Source: Guillardia theta CCMP2712 (taxonomy: Eukaryota > Protista > Cryptophyta). Taken from it: a stretch of DNA of 64,000 bases. The position numbers were made by a program, and so were the translations under genes. The stretch covers positions 319,511 through 383,510 of the forward strand of contig NW_005434639.1 of NCBI RefSeq assembly GCF_000315625.1, read 5' to 3'. Below the pieces are notes generated by a model. The model had not been told where the DNA came from and searched no databases. It saw only the letters and a program-made list of their open reading frames with translations. Shown here in pieces: positions 1 through 14,127 of this stretch. The stretch's first letter is position 1, and each line of letters starts with the position of its first letter.

Positions 1-781
1 AGAGATCTCTGAAACTCATAATTACGGTGAATGTCTATCTCAAGCACTTGGAGTTATCGAAAATGTGGAACATGTCCAGGAATTCTTAGAAGAAGGATCA
101 AAACCTGGAACAACGGTTGAAGGTCAAACCCCTTTGATGATTCAAAGCAAAGAGATATCCGACAACATCATCGAAATAAAGCAATCAAGAGAATATGAGA
201 TTTCAACAGATCTTTCCGAATCCAGAAACTGCAGACATATTTTGACTCAAATTTGGATCTTCGCTCTGGTTACTTTGTCCACTCTTGTACTCTTTTTGAA
301 TTTCGACTACATGCATTACAACAGACATTTTACTCAGAATCATTGCGTTCCTGCTCATAAAAGAGTTGTATCCATTCGAGCTCCTTCTAGATCAAGACGT
401 GACGATTCCATAATGAAAGAGTGCATCGCGAACATGAGCCAGAGTTCGAAAATGAACCAAATCTCAATTGGTCGGATTGAAAACTTAGAATTTCGTCTCG
501 ACTATGCTCATTTAGAATTGCAGGAATGCAAAACTGTAATTCGGTCATTAAGGGCATCCCTTCAGCTCCAATCGCAATGTACTGCAACCCACAACATAAC
601 AAGTCATGAAAATTCCATTCATCAGAGTGATAGGAGCTATGCAGGCAACATCACAAACTTGACTGTAACATCAAATAGCTCGAAGAGCAGTTTCCATGAC
701 AAATCTGAGGACGATATCGCTGTCACGGCAGCAAGAAGAAGGAAACGCGAAGCAGCAGTCCGATGGAGATTATTCTTATAA
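1..781 (+). CDS. 5'-truncated hypothetical membrane protein with one TM helix and a coiled coil
   Basis: Frame is open from the window start to TAA 779-781. Hydrophobic segment IWIFALVTLSTLVLFL and heptad-like LEFRLDYAHLELQECKTVIRSLRASL. Confidence 0.55.
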   Translation, partial: EISETHNYGECLSQALGVIENVEHVQEFLEEGSKPGTTVEGQTPLMIQSKEISDNIIEIKQSREYEISTDLSESRNCRHILTQIWIFALVTLSTLVLFLNFDYMHYNRHFTQNHCVPAHKRVVSIRAPSRSRRDDSIMKECIANMSQSSKMNQISIGRIENLEFRLDYAHLELQECKTVIRSLRASLQLQSQCTATHNITSHENSIHQSDRSYAGNITNLTVTSNSSKSSFHDKSEDDIAVTAARRRKREAAVRWRLFL

Positions 782-880
782 TTTCATTTTGAACGGGCTC
801 GTGCGGTGATGACCATTAGTTCGTCTCGGAGCCACCTGGTTGGGCATTGAGCTCTTTTTCCTACAAACTAGTGCATTTAC

Positions 881-2560
881 TTACGGTACGAATGTGAGTG
901 CTTGTGATGCACGTAACTCTTGTTCTGCTTCAAACTGAACACGAACGTTGTCGAACAAAGGCTTGGAAAGCTCAGATTAGCAAACGGAATAGGTAGCCAT
1001 GCTGCACCTTGATTTCTTGGCACTTCAGATCTATCAAAACCTCTTGTAAAGGATGCCTTGTCATCAGCCATCGGTCTTCTGAAACACTGCAATCCTTCAA
1101 CAATCATTCGACATTGGAATGAAATACCTGCATATGAAAGTTGACGTGGTTCGCAAACCGTAAGTCTTTCGAAACTGCGCCTTCAGTTTCTGTAACTGTT
1201 CATCGCACATAAACTGAAGGATTGAAAAGATGCGTGTTCTGATTGCTTACGATCTCTCCAATCGTGCTGGAACCATATTCTTTGCGGTCCTTGTATGGCC
1301 ATTCGTGATACTGGTTCTGAATGTCACATAAAATAATTTGTAAGATGTACTCAATTACCCTAGACATTCTCCATTTCGCGATAATTTCGATGTACTGTCG
1401 AACAGAAATCTTCTGCAAGGACGGTGTCAATCCAACACATTAGAGTCACCACGTTTCGTCTGTTTACTGACTCCTTCATTGATGAGCTTGTCATCGGGAA
1501 CAGTCTTGGATTTCTGCATTTCAGGATTCAACAATTCAACCATCCAGAAGGTTATTGAGTTTTGGGTCTACATCCTTTTTCTTCTTTTGGAGATTGACTG
1601 CCATCTATCCAAAAAAGTCAAATTGAAACCAGCAGCACAAAGAATGTCAAAGATAAAGATAACATTCACCTTCGATCGCTCCAGATCTTGCTGGAGCGCA
1701 ACTGTTGACTCGAATTCCTTCATCAGCTCATCTCTCTTGTTTGAATTACGGCTCTATAGCATCAAGACTAAGATTACAGCTTTCCAGTCCGAAGGGGAAA
1801 TGATCTTGCACGTGAAGAGGTGCTCTGAAAATGCTCTCTTGTCTACTACCGCATCATCTAGCGAGGTTTCAATGTACGTCTTGAGCTGAACAACCGATTC
1901 AGATCAAGATACTGGACGTCGTCAATGAGACCTCTGCACCACTCTTATCTTGATTCTTAACTCGTTCACACGTCTCCGGCCAGCTGAGGATCACTTTCCC
2001 AGGAATCTGAAGAGCACGCAAGTTAGTACAAGAGCCTGGTGCTATCGGGAGCTTCTTACAGCTCTCTTCAACTCGTTGCGTTGAACTTGAGACATCTGGC
2101 CGTCACTCTCTAGCAGCAGCAACCGCCTGGCACCGAGTGGATCATGTGTGATGGAGCAGCTCTTTGAGAAAGCGAGCCTCACCTTGGACACAGCAGGTAC
2201 TCGAAATGAAAGAAGTCTTTGAACTCGATCTGGTCGATGGGAATCAGCAGGGCCAACATACAGCGATCAGTCTTTCCTCTACTACATAACGACCGTGAAG
2301 TAAAGAATCTGGATCTTGAACGAGCTTAGCAGAAGTGTTCTTGAACTTGGAGAGCCATGTTTCCCTTTGAGCCTGCTGTTCCCGTACCTGCGACTCCCAG
2401 TTTTCACTTTGCTCCTTGCATCCTCCCCTGCCCGCCTTGTCCTCCTCCTCCTCCTCCTCCTCATCATCATCATCATCATCATCACCTGCTCCATCATCTC
2501 CTCCTCACGCTGGTTCCTCCGCATCTTCACCATCCCAGCACCCATCGCCTTCAAGTGCGC
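881..2560 (-). CDS. Multi-exon hypothetical coiled-coil protein (ends approximate)
   Basis: Successive GT-AG-flanked segments translate to protein-like sequence (ESQVREQQAQRETWLSKF, RDELMKEFESTVALQQDLERSK, PLFDNVRVQFEAEQELR). No family recognised. Confidence 0.45.
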
Positions 2561-2685
2561 CGCAGTCAAGATCAGTTTGACATAGCTTGAACAAACATGC
2601 TCTGAGGCGGGCTGATTTTGTTGGCCCCCATGGCGGCAGAGCAAACACTGCCCCTTGTCCAACCGTGATGGCGGGGGGTTCGGCC

Positions 2686-4410
<1,725 letters not shown>

Positions 4411-4759
4411 GGAGGAAGCGCGGTGCCGGGGAGGAGGAAGCGGGGGATAGAAGGAGTTGTAGAATGATGAAGAGGAGGAATAGGGGGAGGAGGAACGGGA
4501 CGAGAGAAGGAGTAATAGCAGCTCCTGGGGTACTGTCGGGGTTGGGGAAGAAAGGAGGTTTGGATTTTGAGAGAGGATGGCGACACTTCATATGAATTGA
4601 GGTAGAAATGCCACTGAAGCAGACGCAGGTACCGAGGAGGAGGGGGAGGAACAGGAGTAAGTGGTGGGGGTGTTGAGGACGATGATTTCTCTGATTCTGA
4701 TTGATATCAATGATGACAACACTTATCTCTCTCTTCCTATGAGACGGCACCTCCTTCAT

Positions 4760-7700
4760 TTACGCTTTCTCAACACGATGTGCAATGATGGCAAAACTTC
4801 TCGGAGAGAGCGATGGATCAAACAGAGGCACCTTCCGCAAACGTCAGCAGACCGTCACCTCCTCTCCCTCCCCCTCTCCCTCCCCCTCTCCCTCTCCCTC
4901 TCCCTCCCCCTCCCCCTCCTCCTCTTACAATCGCCGCACGAGTCTCTTGATCCTCTTCCTGTAGGAAGCACAACCGATCGATCAACACCATGCTCTCGAT
5001 GCATCTGATGCGTTCGATGAATACCAAAACCACCAACTCCATCATAACCAATGTCATCGTCAACACAACAACAAGAACAATAACAACAACAGAAACAATA
5101 ACAATAACCATAACTTAATCAATATCTCATCATCATCACAACCACCACCAACTTCATCTTCATGATTATCTTTGTCGTCATCATAATCGGCATTATATGT
5201 GTCTTCTCATCAATACTATCATCACCGTCACCACCACCATCACGCTACCTTGCAAGAATAGCTCTTAATGCACCCAGCCTTCGAAATTCATGCAATCTGT
5301 TCACAGAAACAAATACGATGATCAGATACTTGTAGGTGAGATGTTTCATTCGTGATGCTCTGAGAACTCATGAGAATGCAAACCTGGCAAGGCAATTGGC
5401 GTAACATTCCTCTATTTCAAGTTTGCTTAACTGCAACCAAGGTCAACAATGTGAACAAGGTCAACAATCACAGTCCATACGCTTGAGGGATCAATATCTA
5501 GACGAGAAAGAGCTCTCATGCAGTAGTCCTGCACAACAACTCACAACACTGATCTCCGTCGCCTCCCATCCTGTTCCTCCTCATCTCCTCCTCTCCCACC
5601 TCGAAATCTTTGCTCTTCGATGCTATTTTACCCACTACAACCTGCTCTTCAATCATATCATCGCAGTACAGGAAAAAGCGAACTTTGTCGTGTTGGAGAT
5701 GCGCAGGAGCCAAAGCTTTAAGTTTTTGAATCCAAAGAACCTGAGGAGAAGTGAAACCAGGCAGAAAAAGCCTCTGAAGGGGGCCGAATGGACGACAAGG
5801 GAGAGGACAGGAAAGACGATGTTTCAAGGAGCTGAGCTCGCATATAAGAGCTATGAGATCGACAAGATCAAGGGAGATGATGTAGCATGGAGATGTCAGA
5901 CAGAAGTAGAGGAAGAAACCTGAAACGCAGCTCGAAACATGTTGTTCACCTCCGAATCGTGCAAAGGACCATGTGGCACTCGCTGGGAGAAAAGTGAGGA
6001 TGAATCGCAAGGATCAACGAGACAGAGGCATTGAAGACTCGTATACAAACAAGTGGTTTTCGTGCAACAAGTCGACCTGATTGGTGTTTGCTGCGAGGTT
6101 AAAGACGTTTCTTCCAAGAACTGCTCTCATCTCTCCTCCCTCCTCCTTCACTCTCTACAACCAGCGTCAGCCGAGGAGATACTTGAGCAAAACTCAACCT
6201 CAACATGTTCACGAACGAATGAGCTGAGAGGAAAACCAAAGTCTTGTCCCGGTTCGTTGAGAGCTTGTGGATGATCAGCAGATGAATGAGGACAATACGG
6301 GAGGTAGCAATACCCGAGTCTTCATCTTCCGGCGGTCTGTAGCGCTGAAAGGGGAGAGCAGGACCAGGAGCTGAGAAGAGCTTGCAAGACTAACAAAACT
6401 TACCTCCGAGAGAAGGTTGTAACAGCAACCAACTGTGCAAAGACACTTGACGTTTCTCCACTTAAGGAACGCCCGGAGAGCTGAGAAAGAGAATCATGTC
6501 CGAGAACAGACTGGAGGATGCGGGGAGATAGAGAGAAAGGTGGAGACGAAGAACAAATGATGTGAAAACGAACAGAAGAGGACCAGGGGGAGAGAAAGCA
6601 GGGAGGGAGGGAGGGAGGGAGAGAGAGAGGGGGGAGAGAGGAGGGGGGGGGGAGAGAGAGAGGGGAGAGGGCAAGAGCAAAGGCGAAGGGAAGGAAGGAA
6701 TTCAGTGAGAAGGAGAAATAAGACAATCCATTGCGTGGGAGAATGAATGGAGTACTATCTCAATGAGATTTGACCTGTGCTCGCAAGGTCTCCGCAAGTG
6801 TGAAGCCCTACAAGCATCAATTTGTCGTCTTCCTGTCCAATGAAGGCCCTCGGTAAGCATGGCAACCACCACGAACCTCTCTATCAGTCACGTTGAAATT
6901 TTGTCCAGACTTGTCGCCCAGGAAGGTCAGGAAACTGTCTGCATCCTGGAGTATCAAACCGATCAGTAATGGATCACTTGGGGGTCAGGAAGCAGAGGAG
7001 GACGAGGCTCATCGATCAGGGAAGAAGCGAATATGCCTGACACAAGCTTTCGGCATATGTGTTTCGACAGAAGAAGTGGAAGCTTGAGAGGGAGGGGCTC
7101 GCAAGCATCAATGTGGGAGGGAAAGAGAACGAGAGGCTGAGGTGAGGAATCTGGAGGAGAAGGAAAATCAGTCGAAGAGGGTCTTCTTGTATTACCTCCA
7201 ACTGCATTCTTCCTGTTACTGGAATAAAGATTCCTCGGTCCCCATTCTTCTTCTGTTCCGATCCTGCGACTTTCCCCTCCTCTTCCTCCTCTCTTTGCCT
7301 CCGCCCCGTCAGTCTTGTAACCAAAGATTGTCTCTTGAGGGCACCTGTAGCATGCTCACGAGTGCTCGGAACTTTGCTCCTTACCGTTGGTGTTGACTGC
7401 AGACGCGTCGATGCCTAGTACCTTCAGTCCGCATCCTATCGCTAGAGCCTCGCTGAGATAACCCTGAAGAGATGTGAGAAAGAAGAAGGGAGGAGAAGAG
7501 TAGGGAATGAGACGAGGAGGAGGGGAGGGAAGGGAAGAGAGAGTGGAGAGGAGTTGGGAAAGGGAGAGAAGAACTGTACAGGAGGGGGAGATGAAGATCA
7601 GGAGTTTAAGAGGTGATATTCTGTACCTTTCCACTACCGAGATCAATGGTCCAAGAGATTTCAAACTGCCGAGCCTTTGCTGAGAACAAGGAAGAACAGC

Positions 7701-8331
7701 AGAAGAGAACATTCACCTGACTTGCAAGTTTCGTGACCACAAGTGACAAGACCTCGACCTGCTCGCTCATCACTTGCTCTTCAGCTGCTTGCAGCTCAAC
7801 GTTACCTCATGTGCCTTCTTCTCTGACATCGCAATCAGTGGGAGCTTGCAACGAAGCATCTCTGCCGCATTGACCGCGTTCTTGCGATCAAGATCCAACG
7901 TGTAAGATGATCGCACGAACTCTCTCAAACTTGCGCTCTTCCACTTCTTGTCAAGCTCTCCTGTGGAGAGATTTGATACCTCCTCCTCCTGCAGCTCCTC
8001 AAGCTCCTCCCTCCAGTCCGCAGGCAACGATCCCCACAAGTCCTTGGAGAAGATGTCGACCATGCTGGAGCCAGCAAGCTTGGAGTTGTCGAACACAAAC
8101 TTGCAGAGGTCCTTGCAGTGCTGCGAAGTCTCCTCCTTCGTCCGATGAAACTGATCAATAACGCCAGCTAAGTTGAAGTTTCTGATCTTCTCTTCGAGAT
8201 TTTCAAGGTCGCCCCAGCCCTGCATTGAACATGGCTGAGCCCCAGTAAAGAGGAAGAGGACGATGACGAGGAGGATCAAGATAAGATGCAGGAGTAGAAG
8301 GAGCAGGAGCAGGAGCAGGAGTAGAAGGAGT

Positions 8332-8387
<56 letters not shown>

Positions 8388-8564
8388 CATCACCTTGAGC
8401 TCCCGCAGAAGTTCATTGCTGTCAACCTGACGTGGTTTGAGTGGAGGACGAGGACACGTGGGGCTCACCTTTGCCAATCGCTTCCTCCCCCTTCCCTTCC
8501 TTGAGCTTTCAGCTCCACTTTTCCCTTCCGCGTTCAGCGTGCCTGAGCCAGGTTCCCCCTCCAT
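4760..8564 (-). CDS. METTL25: METTL25/RRNAD1-family methyltransferase (multi-exon)
   Basis: Family motifs in order after splicing: LWGSLPADW, MSEKKAHEV, GYLSEAL..VLGIDA, LVGLHTCGDLA, VGCCYN, GFPLS, FRAAFQ, DYCMRAL, CIESMVLIDRLCFLQE, PLFDPSLSPRSFAIIA; stop 4760-4762. Start codon uncertain. Confidence 0.88.
8298..8387 (+). repeat. (AGGAGC)n hexanucleotide repeat in a METTL25 intron
   Basis: Seen directly. It produces the spurious poly-Leu run in ORF 7770-8687. Confidence 0.85.
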
Positions 8565-8864
8565 CCTGTGCAGGTCTGATCCCAGATTCTCGGGTTGAGC
8601 GCCTTTCCTCCCCTTGTTACTCGCAGCTCTGGCTCGCTTCCTGCTTGTTCCCTGGCGCCTTGACCCTCCCTCACGCCTTCTCCTCACGCCTTCTCCTCAC
8701 GCCTTCTCCTCTCGCCTTCTCTCCCCCTCTCTCTCCCTCTAAAAACTTTGTGGAACGAGACCTTTGCTGCCCCCAAGAACTCGCTAGAAACTTGAGTCTC
8801 TCTGCTGGTGTCTTCTTATTCGTCTCTGAGGTGAGCTCACGTTTATTGTACAGATAGCAAGCCT

Positions 8865-9959
8865 CTACTCCATTCCTGCCTCCTCCCCGTCCATGCCTGC
8901 TTCCATAGAACCTCCAGGCCCGAGGCTGCCCTTGTCGTCCTTGGGGTTCGTCCCAGTTCCCGCAGCTTTGCAGGTCTGTGCAGCTGTCAGCACTGGCAGG
9001 CCACACGGCAGCTCTTGCAGCCTCATGAATGCATCGCAAACCTGCCATGCCGAAGCGTAGGAATGGCCGTGGATGGCACGCAAGTGAGACCTGTCATTCA
9101 GAGTCATGACAGGAAATGCAGAAACAGAAAGAGCAGGAAACGAGGCAGAGGAGGAGAGAGATGTAGGAAACGGCAAAGAAAGTGAGCCAGTAGCAAGATA
9201 AATCCTACCTGAGGTTGAAGTCCAACGAGAACGATTTGCCGCATCCTTCGACAGGGCATTTGAACGGTCGTTCACCTGCGAAGAAATTTCTCACTTGCTG
9301 GAGGAAAAACAACCGCTCTTCCAACCTGTGTGAACAAGCATGTGCCGCTTCAACCTCGAGCTCTCGAAGAAGGACTTCGCACAGTTCGGCCAAGAGCACG
9401 TAAACCTTGAACAATAAATCAATCCACCCACCGAGAAGAAGAGTTGTATCTAACAGCTTGCGTCCCTGGGCTAATGCAGCCTTGCGTTTCAACGCTTCTT
9501 GCGCTTCGGCAGAGGTGAAGCTTTCTTCTTTGGAGGAAAGCTACGCTCGAGAAGTCACAAAAACACAAGAACCTCTCTTCTTAGAACCTTTCGAGCTGTG
9601 TCGGTGACCCACTTCATGATATGAATTTCCTGATTCACATGTTACAATCTCGCAAGTCATATACCCAAAGACATGGAAAGCAAAGGTAGCAAATTAGAGG
9701 GACAAACCTCTCCTCCTATCAGTTGGATGGGAACAGCTCGCCTAGCCCAATGCCTCGGCCTCTTCTTCGGGTCGAAAGTTGCGTTTGACATCTCGCCGTT
9801 CTCACCTGATCGGGACAACAGTCGGGAAGAAGATTTCGAACAAGAGACATCGAATTCACCTTCGTCATTCTCCGCCAACGCTCCTTGTCCTGCTCCTGCT
9901 GTCTTGGAAACTTCGAGAAGGTCCTGGTTTGGCTCCAAAGCTTGTTCCGCAATATCCAT
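8865..9959 (-). CDS. YY1-like C2H2 zinc-finger protein with REPO-like motif and two fingers
   Basis: Spliced fingers [56 protein letters not shown] closely match YY1 fingers 2-3 ([22 protein letters not shown]). Upstream is RHWARRAVPIQLIGGEEIHIMKWVTD. Confidence 0.85.
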
Positions 9960-10082
9960 CGACTGCACTGCTGCTAACGGCAAGATTCAGCACGTGCAAG
10001 TCTGAGAAGCTTGTCCAACATGCAGTCAAGGGAGGGCTTGCTGTAAGCTTCACTTTCTTAGGTGTGGCTGAAATTTGAGCCG

Positions 10083-10518
10083 TCAGGGAGGAGCCAAGGC
10101 ATCTAAGCTCAAACCAGTTGAGTTTCCTGACGTCGGTGGTTGGGTTCGTTTTGCCTTCACAGGGCGAGGATCGCCGGGGTTAAGGTGGTGGCCCTGAGAC
10201 AGCAAATTTTAACGGATGACAGCATGGCAAGATCTCTGTACCGCATCAAAGCAATATTGCGCTCCCTTCTTTGCACGCTTGCACCTCTCGCATCTCTTGG
10301 GCAGCTCAAAAGAACCTGCAGAGCCAGAGGCTTCAATTTCATCCACCTGCCTCGTATAGCACATACCCTTTCCTCTGGACCCTTCGGGCATTCCCTCGCT
10401 TCCAGCAAAGCTCTGAGCGATTTGAGAGTCATCGTCCTCTGTTTCCTCAGCATCAGCGAGTGTATGCAACTTTTCGAAGTTCACCTCCCATTACAAGCGC
10501 TCCACTCATTGCCGCCAT
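10083..10518 (-). CDS. Small protein with C-x2-C-x9-C-x4-H putative zinc-binding motif
   Basis: Splicing gives KRCERCKRAKKGAQYCFDAGHHLNPG; acidic N-terminus; stop 10083-10085. Confidence 0.55.
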
Positions 10519-11019
10519 GACCTACGTAATGAAATAAAATGATTGAAGTTAGCCGAAATATTTTGATCAATATAGACCACTCGTTCTGTTTCTTGTCATT
10601 GTCCTCACTTGCTATGTTGCCGTTGTTCTATCTATCCATCCCCTTCCATCCCTTCATTCTCTTACCTCCGATTCCCTCATACCTCTACTCAGTCATCCAA
10701 ATTCAATGCACATTAAACCTTCTCCTCGTCATCGTTTGAGCTATGTCTCTCCCTCTCAGTTCCTCCTCTCCTTCCTACCTCTTATCTTGCCCCCTGCTCT
10801 CCCGCTCCTTCCCTTCCTCCTCGCTCCGCCTCCCTCCTCCCTTGCCATTCCCCCACTTCCCAGCCGCTCCATCCCTCTCCCCTCTCTTCTCAGCCATGAG
10901 TAAGGTTTTACTCATCAGATGGTCTACTATGACAAGGGTAAACAAACGAGTTCCCCTCAGAGTATATGTACATAAACTGCGCGCGGCAATGAAGTTATCT
11001 TGGTATGTTCCAATCCCTA

Positions 11020-11240
11020 TGGGCCGAGGCGAGTCCGTGAGTCACGGCCAGCCACGACTTGGTCACGACTGCCGCACTGTCACCCCGCACGGTGCGCGGC
11101 CCGGCCGGTCCGTCACTGAACTTCCGCACGGCGGCCGCAGTGACGAGCCGCAAGGAGGCCCGAGACAATGCCAGGCTAAACACTGAATCATGATCGGGGA
11201 CTCCGCTGCTGACCGTCTGATTCGCCGCAGGCTCGGTGAA
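11020..11240. other. GC-rich island of CCGG/CGGCCG/GTCAC/TGAGTCA words
   Basis: Dense palindromic words (gtgagtcac, ccggccgg, cggccg, gtcac/gtgac). Same style as 13230-13740 and 42060-42180. Confidence 0.5.
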
Positions 11241-11241
11241 T

Positions 11242-13072
11242 CTATCCCCTGAGCATCAATAGCGTCGCCATCCCAGCCACCGCCGCTCCCAGTATCAGAC
11301 TGTATCCTGCCCCGTACCCCCTGCAAGGCTGTCAGACACACAGTTGTATCTAGCCACATTCATAGTCATAGACTTACGTCGCTGAGCTGAAGTAGACCAT
11401 GATGCTCGGAGGCAGACACCTTTCAGACAGCCCGACATTGACGTCGTACTCGTTTAGCCTGCAAAGCCCCTGCATGGTCATTTCCACACCCGACTCTCGC
11501 GTGCAAGAGAGTCTCTGACCGGCTCCAGACTTGATCCAACTGCATCAGATCTGCCAGTCGATATCATGTTCAAGCGGCTACTTTGCCGAGACCTGAGGGT
11601 TTTCCCTCTCCTCTTAAGCCTCACCTGTAGCGATTTCGATGGTCGCTCGTACCGCCGTTGCACTCGACTTCGGCACCGCGACTTGACAGCCCAGGTCCTC
11701 GCCGCCTCCAGAAGGCAAGGGAGTCGTCGTGTACTCTGCGCATCATCGTCAGCGTTAGCCCCGACGATGCCTTCTCTCCCTGTGGAGCTCCTCCAACCAG
11801 CATGTCACATCTCATCCCTTACACACCTGCTGAGGTCCCTGTCGATCCAGCACTGGAAGTCTCTGGTGAAGGGGTAGTAGACTGGGTACCAGTTGCAAAC
11901 TCAGGATTGGAAGGCGTTGATGATTGGTTTGTCTCCGACTGAAGGAGATGTCTCCCATGTCCAAGTACTACAGCAGGTCCTCTGCCCTCTCCCCGCCCAG
12001 CCTTCACGCTCCTCGTCGACCCGGCCGACAAGGATCCTGAGACCCCTGATGCCGACGTCACCGACACCGCAGACCTGGGCACACTCCCCACGCCAGACAG
12101 CGTGTCTGTGATGCGTGTCTGCGATGCTTGGAAGTCGCTCTGTGACACGGGAAACTCAAGTATGAAGCTGATGTTGACCGGCTCGTTGGACGTGTACGAC
12201 GGACAGAGATCTTCGTTACAAGACATGTACAGACAGTCATTGTCGTTCCCGGGCGTGTAATACACGAGGTCAGAGGTGTTGGGCTTGTTCGTACAGAGAG
12301 TACAGTAGGAGTTGGTCCCCTCTGTACATGGAATCCTGCCGCCGGCAACGTCAAAGCCACGGCGTATCAAACCACCTCGCTGCTTACCTGTATTGCCCTA
12401 CAGGACATGGATCACTGGAGCAAGGACGACAATCCGACCCGAAGCGAAAGTAGCCTGTATTGCAACTCGGCACTACCTGCCCATGCTGCAGTGCATAGAT
12501 AGGGACGATATAGTACGGGCGGATACGGGAGCGTGGACGGGGGGAGTTGTACCATGAAGGTGCCTTGGCCGTGAAAGTAGCGCCGTTGTAGTATGTACGA
12601 GTCGTGGACGAGCTCTTCTGCGTGAAGGTGCCTCTCGGAGACACTGACTTGGAGCCCACCACCACCGCGCTGTATGCGAGCCTGCTCAGAGGTCACCTTC
12701 AGACGACTGCACATTACAAGATTCACACCCAGCCGAGCCATAATAGTATGTCTTGGAGAAGCTTGACTTGCCCCAGCCACTTGAGGACTTCCCTGAGGTG
12801 CTGGAGGAGGACCCAGAGCTGCTGGAAGACTTGCCGGAGCTGCTGGAGGAGGATCCAGAGCCCGAAGACTTTCCTCCACTCTTCCGTAGTTCAGAACCTT
12901 TCAGTAGCGTTTGATGGGCATCCTTGAGGTGTTCGACATGCTCCCATATTCGGCGAGAAGAAGCTTCTGATATCAGAGATGGAGCTGCTGCCTTCTCTTG
13001 GCTCCTCTGGGCTCCTACGAAGACCTCACAGGCCATCATCATGGCCCATAAACTTAACAGTCTGATCATCAT
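11242..13072 (-). CDS. Secreted, probably GPI-anchored surface protein with Ser/Gly tract, Cys-rich (TNFR/furin-like) repeats and SEA-like region
   Basis: Signal peptide MMIRLLSLWAMMMACEVFVGA; SGKSSSS tract; CRPCSSDPCPVGQYRIPCTEGTNSYCTLC after splicing; RHLLQ motif; hydrophobic C-terminus YSLILGAAVAGMATLLMLRG*. The last exons are less certain. Confidence 0.65.
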
Positions 13073-13129
13073 CTCTATTATGGCTCCATTGCGGGTCTTC
13101 TTGTTCGTTGTCCCCCGGTTCGAAGTTTA

Positions 13130-14025
13130 TTACTTACACCCCACCATCCATTATGACGGTCATTTGCCCTACCTTGTACCGGTCCATCTACCTAGACCCC
13201 CAAATTGCAAGTGACTGAGCACCCGGTAGTATTTCATCCGGGCCCCCCCGGCCTCCGGACTCCGGGAGTCATTCATCCGGGCCGGGCCTCAGTCAGAAGT
13301 TTCGGACTGGACCGTTGCCAGTTCACGGTTGGCCGGAGGTTGAGCTCCAGGCCTACTAGGCTAGCAGCCGGCGCAGTAGCTCAGCGGCTGTTGCCAGTTC
13401 ACGGGTTGGCCGCAGTGAGTCTCATGCCACTGGCCACGGGCCGTACTACTCAGGCTGAGGCCGCACGTCACCGAGTCACGTTGGCAACTTCGGCCGGCGG
13501 TTCAGTCACTGTAAAATCATGGCTTGAGAGCACATCATGGCATTGCCATGATGATGACTGAGTGGCGGCGGCTGCGGGACCGTTTTAACTTCAAGGCCCA
13601 GAGGGGGGCCGGGACCCGGGCCTTCAACTTGATGTTGCGCGGCCCCGGCGGCCAGGCCCGGGCCGCCAGTTCTGCCGACAGTCTGTTTGACTTTTTTTTT
13701 CCTTTCCAGTTCCGGCGATTCGGATCGCTCGGATGTCGGATGGCGAAATTTGGGGGGGTGGGGGTGGAGATTTGTACTGAGTCAGTTTCACTCAACGCTA
13801 TTTATTTAGTTTGGCCGTTACTGTCCCAGTTTTACAAATTATTTAAATGCCATCACAATAATAAAAATTTTGAGCAGGAAAATTGTACTTCAAAGTTCAA
13901 TCACTAAAAACGCAGAACTAACCAACCCCACCCTCTTTCCGACCTAGTCGCTGCATTCGAATGGTACTAACGCAGAACTATGAGAGGGTGGGGTCATATT
14001 ATCTGTGAGGGGTAGGGGGTACTTT
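13130..14025. promoter_or_regulatory. Putative divergent promoter region: ACCCC motifs / CCGG-rich island / GGGGT motifs
   Basis: Lies between head-to-head genes. C-rich motifs at 13135-13200, GC palindrome island at 13230-13740, GGGGT motifs at 13985-14020. Confidence 0.45.
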
Positions 14026-14127
14026 CATACTTTTGTTGGAACACGGAGTGGTCCACTATCAGCTTTTTTATTGGAATGACTTGGGGGAATTTGAAGACTC
14101 TGACTGTCGCGCAGAGCTTGTGCAAGC

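Noticed and set aside
776-781. Palindrome TTATAA could encode Leu-stop for both convergent genes
   Set aside because: Needs one specific splice choice for the minus gene; a simpler stop exists at 881-883, so it is unsupported.
7770-9048. Possible YY1-METTL25 fusion and poly-Leu TM helix
   Set aside because: The YY1-like frame stops at 8865, and the poly-Leu comes from an intronic hexamer repeat.
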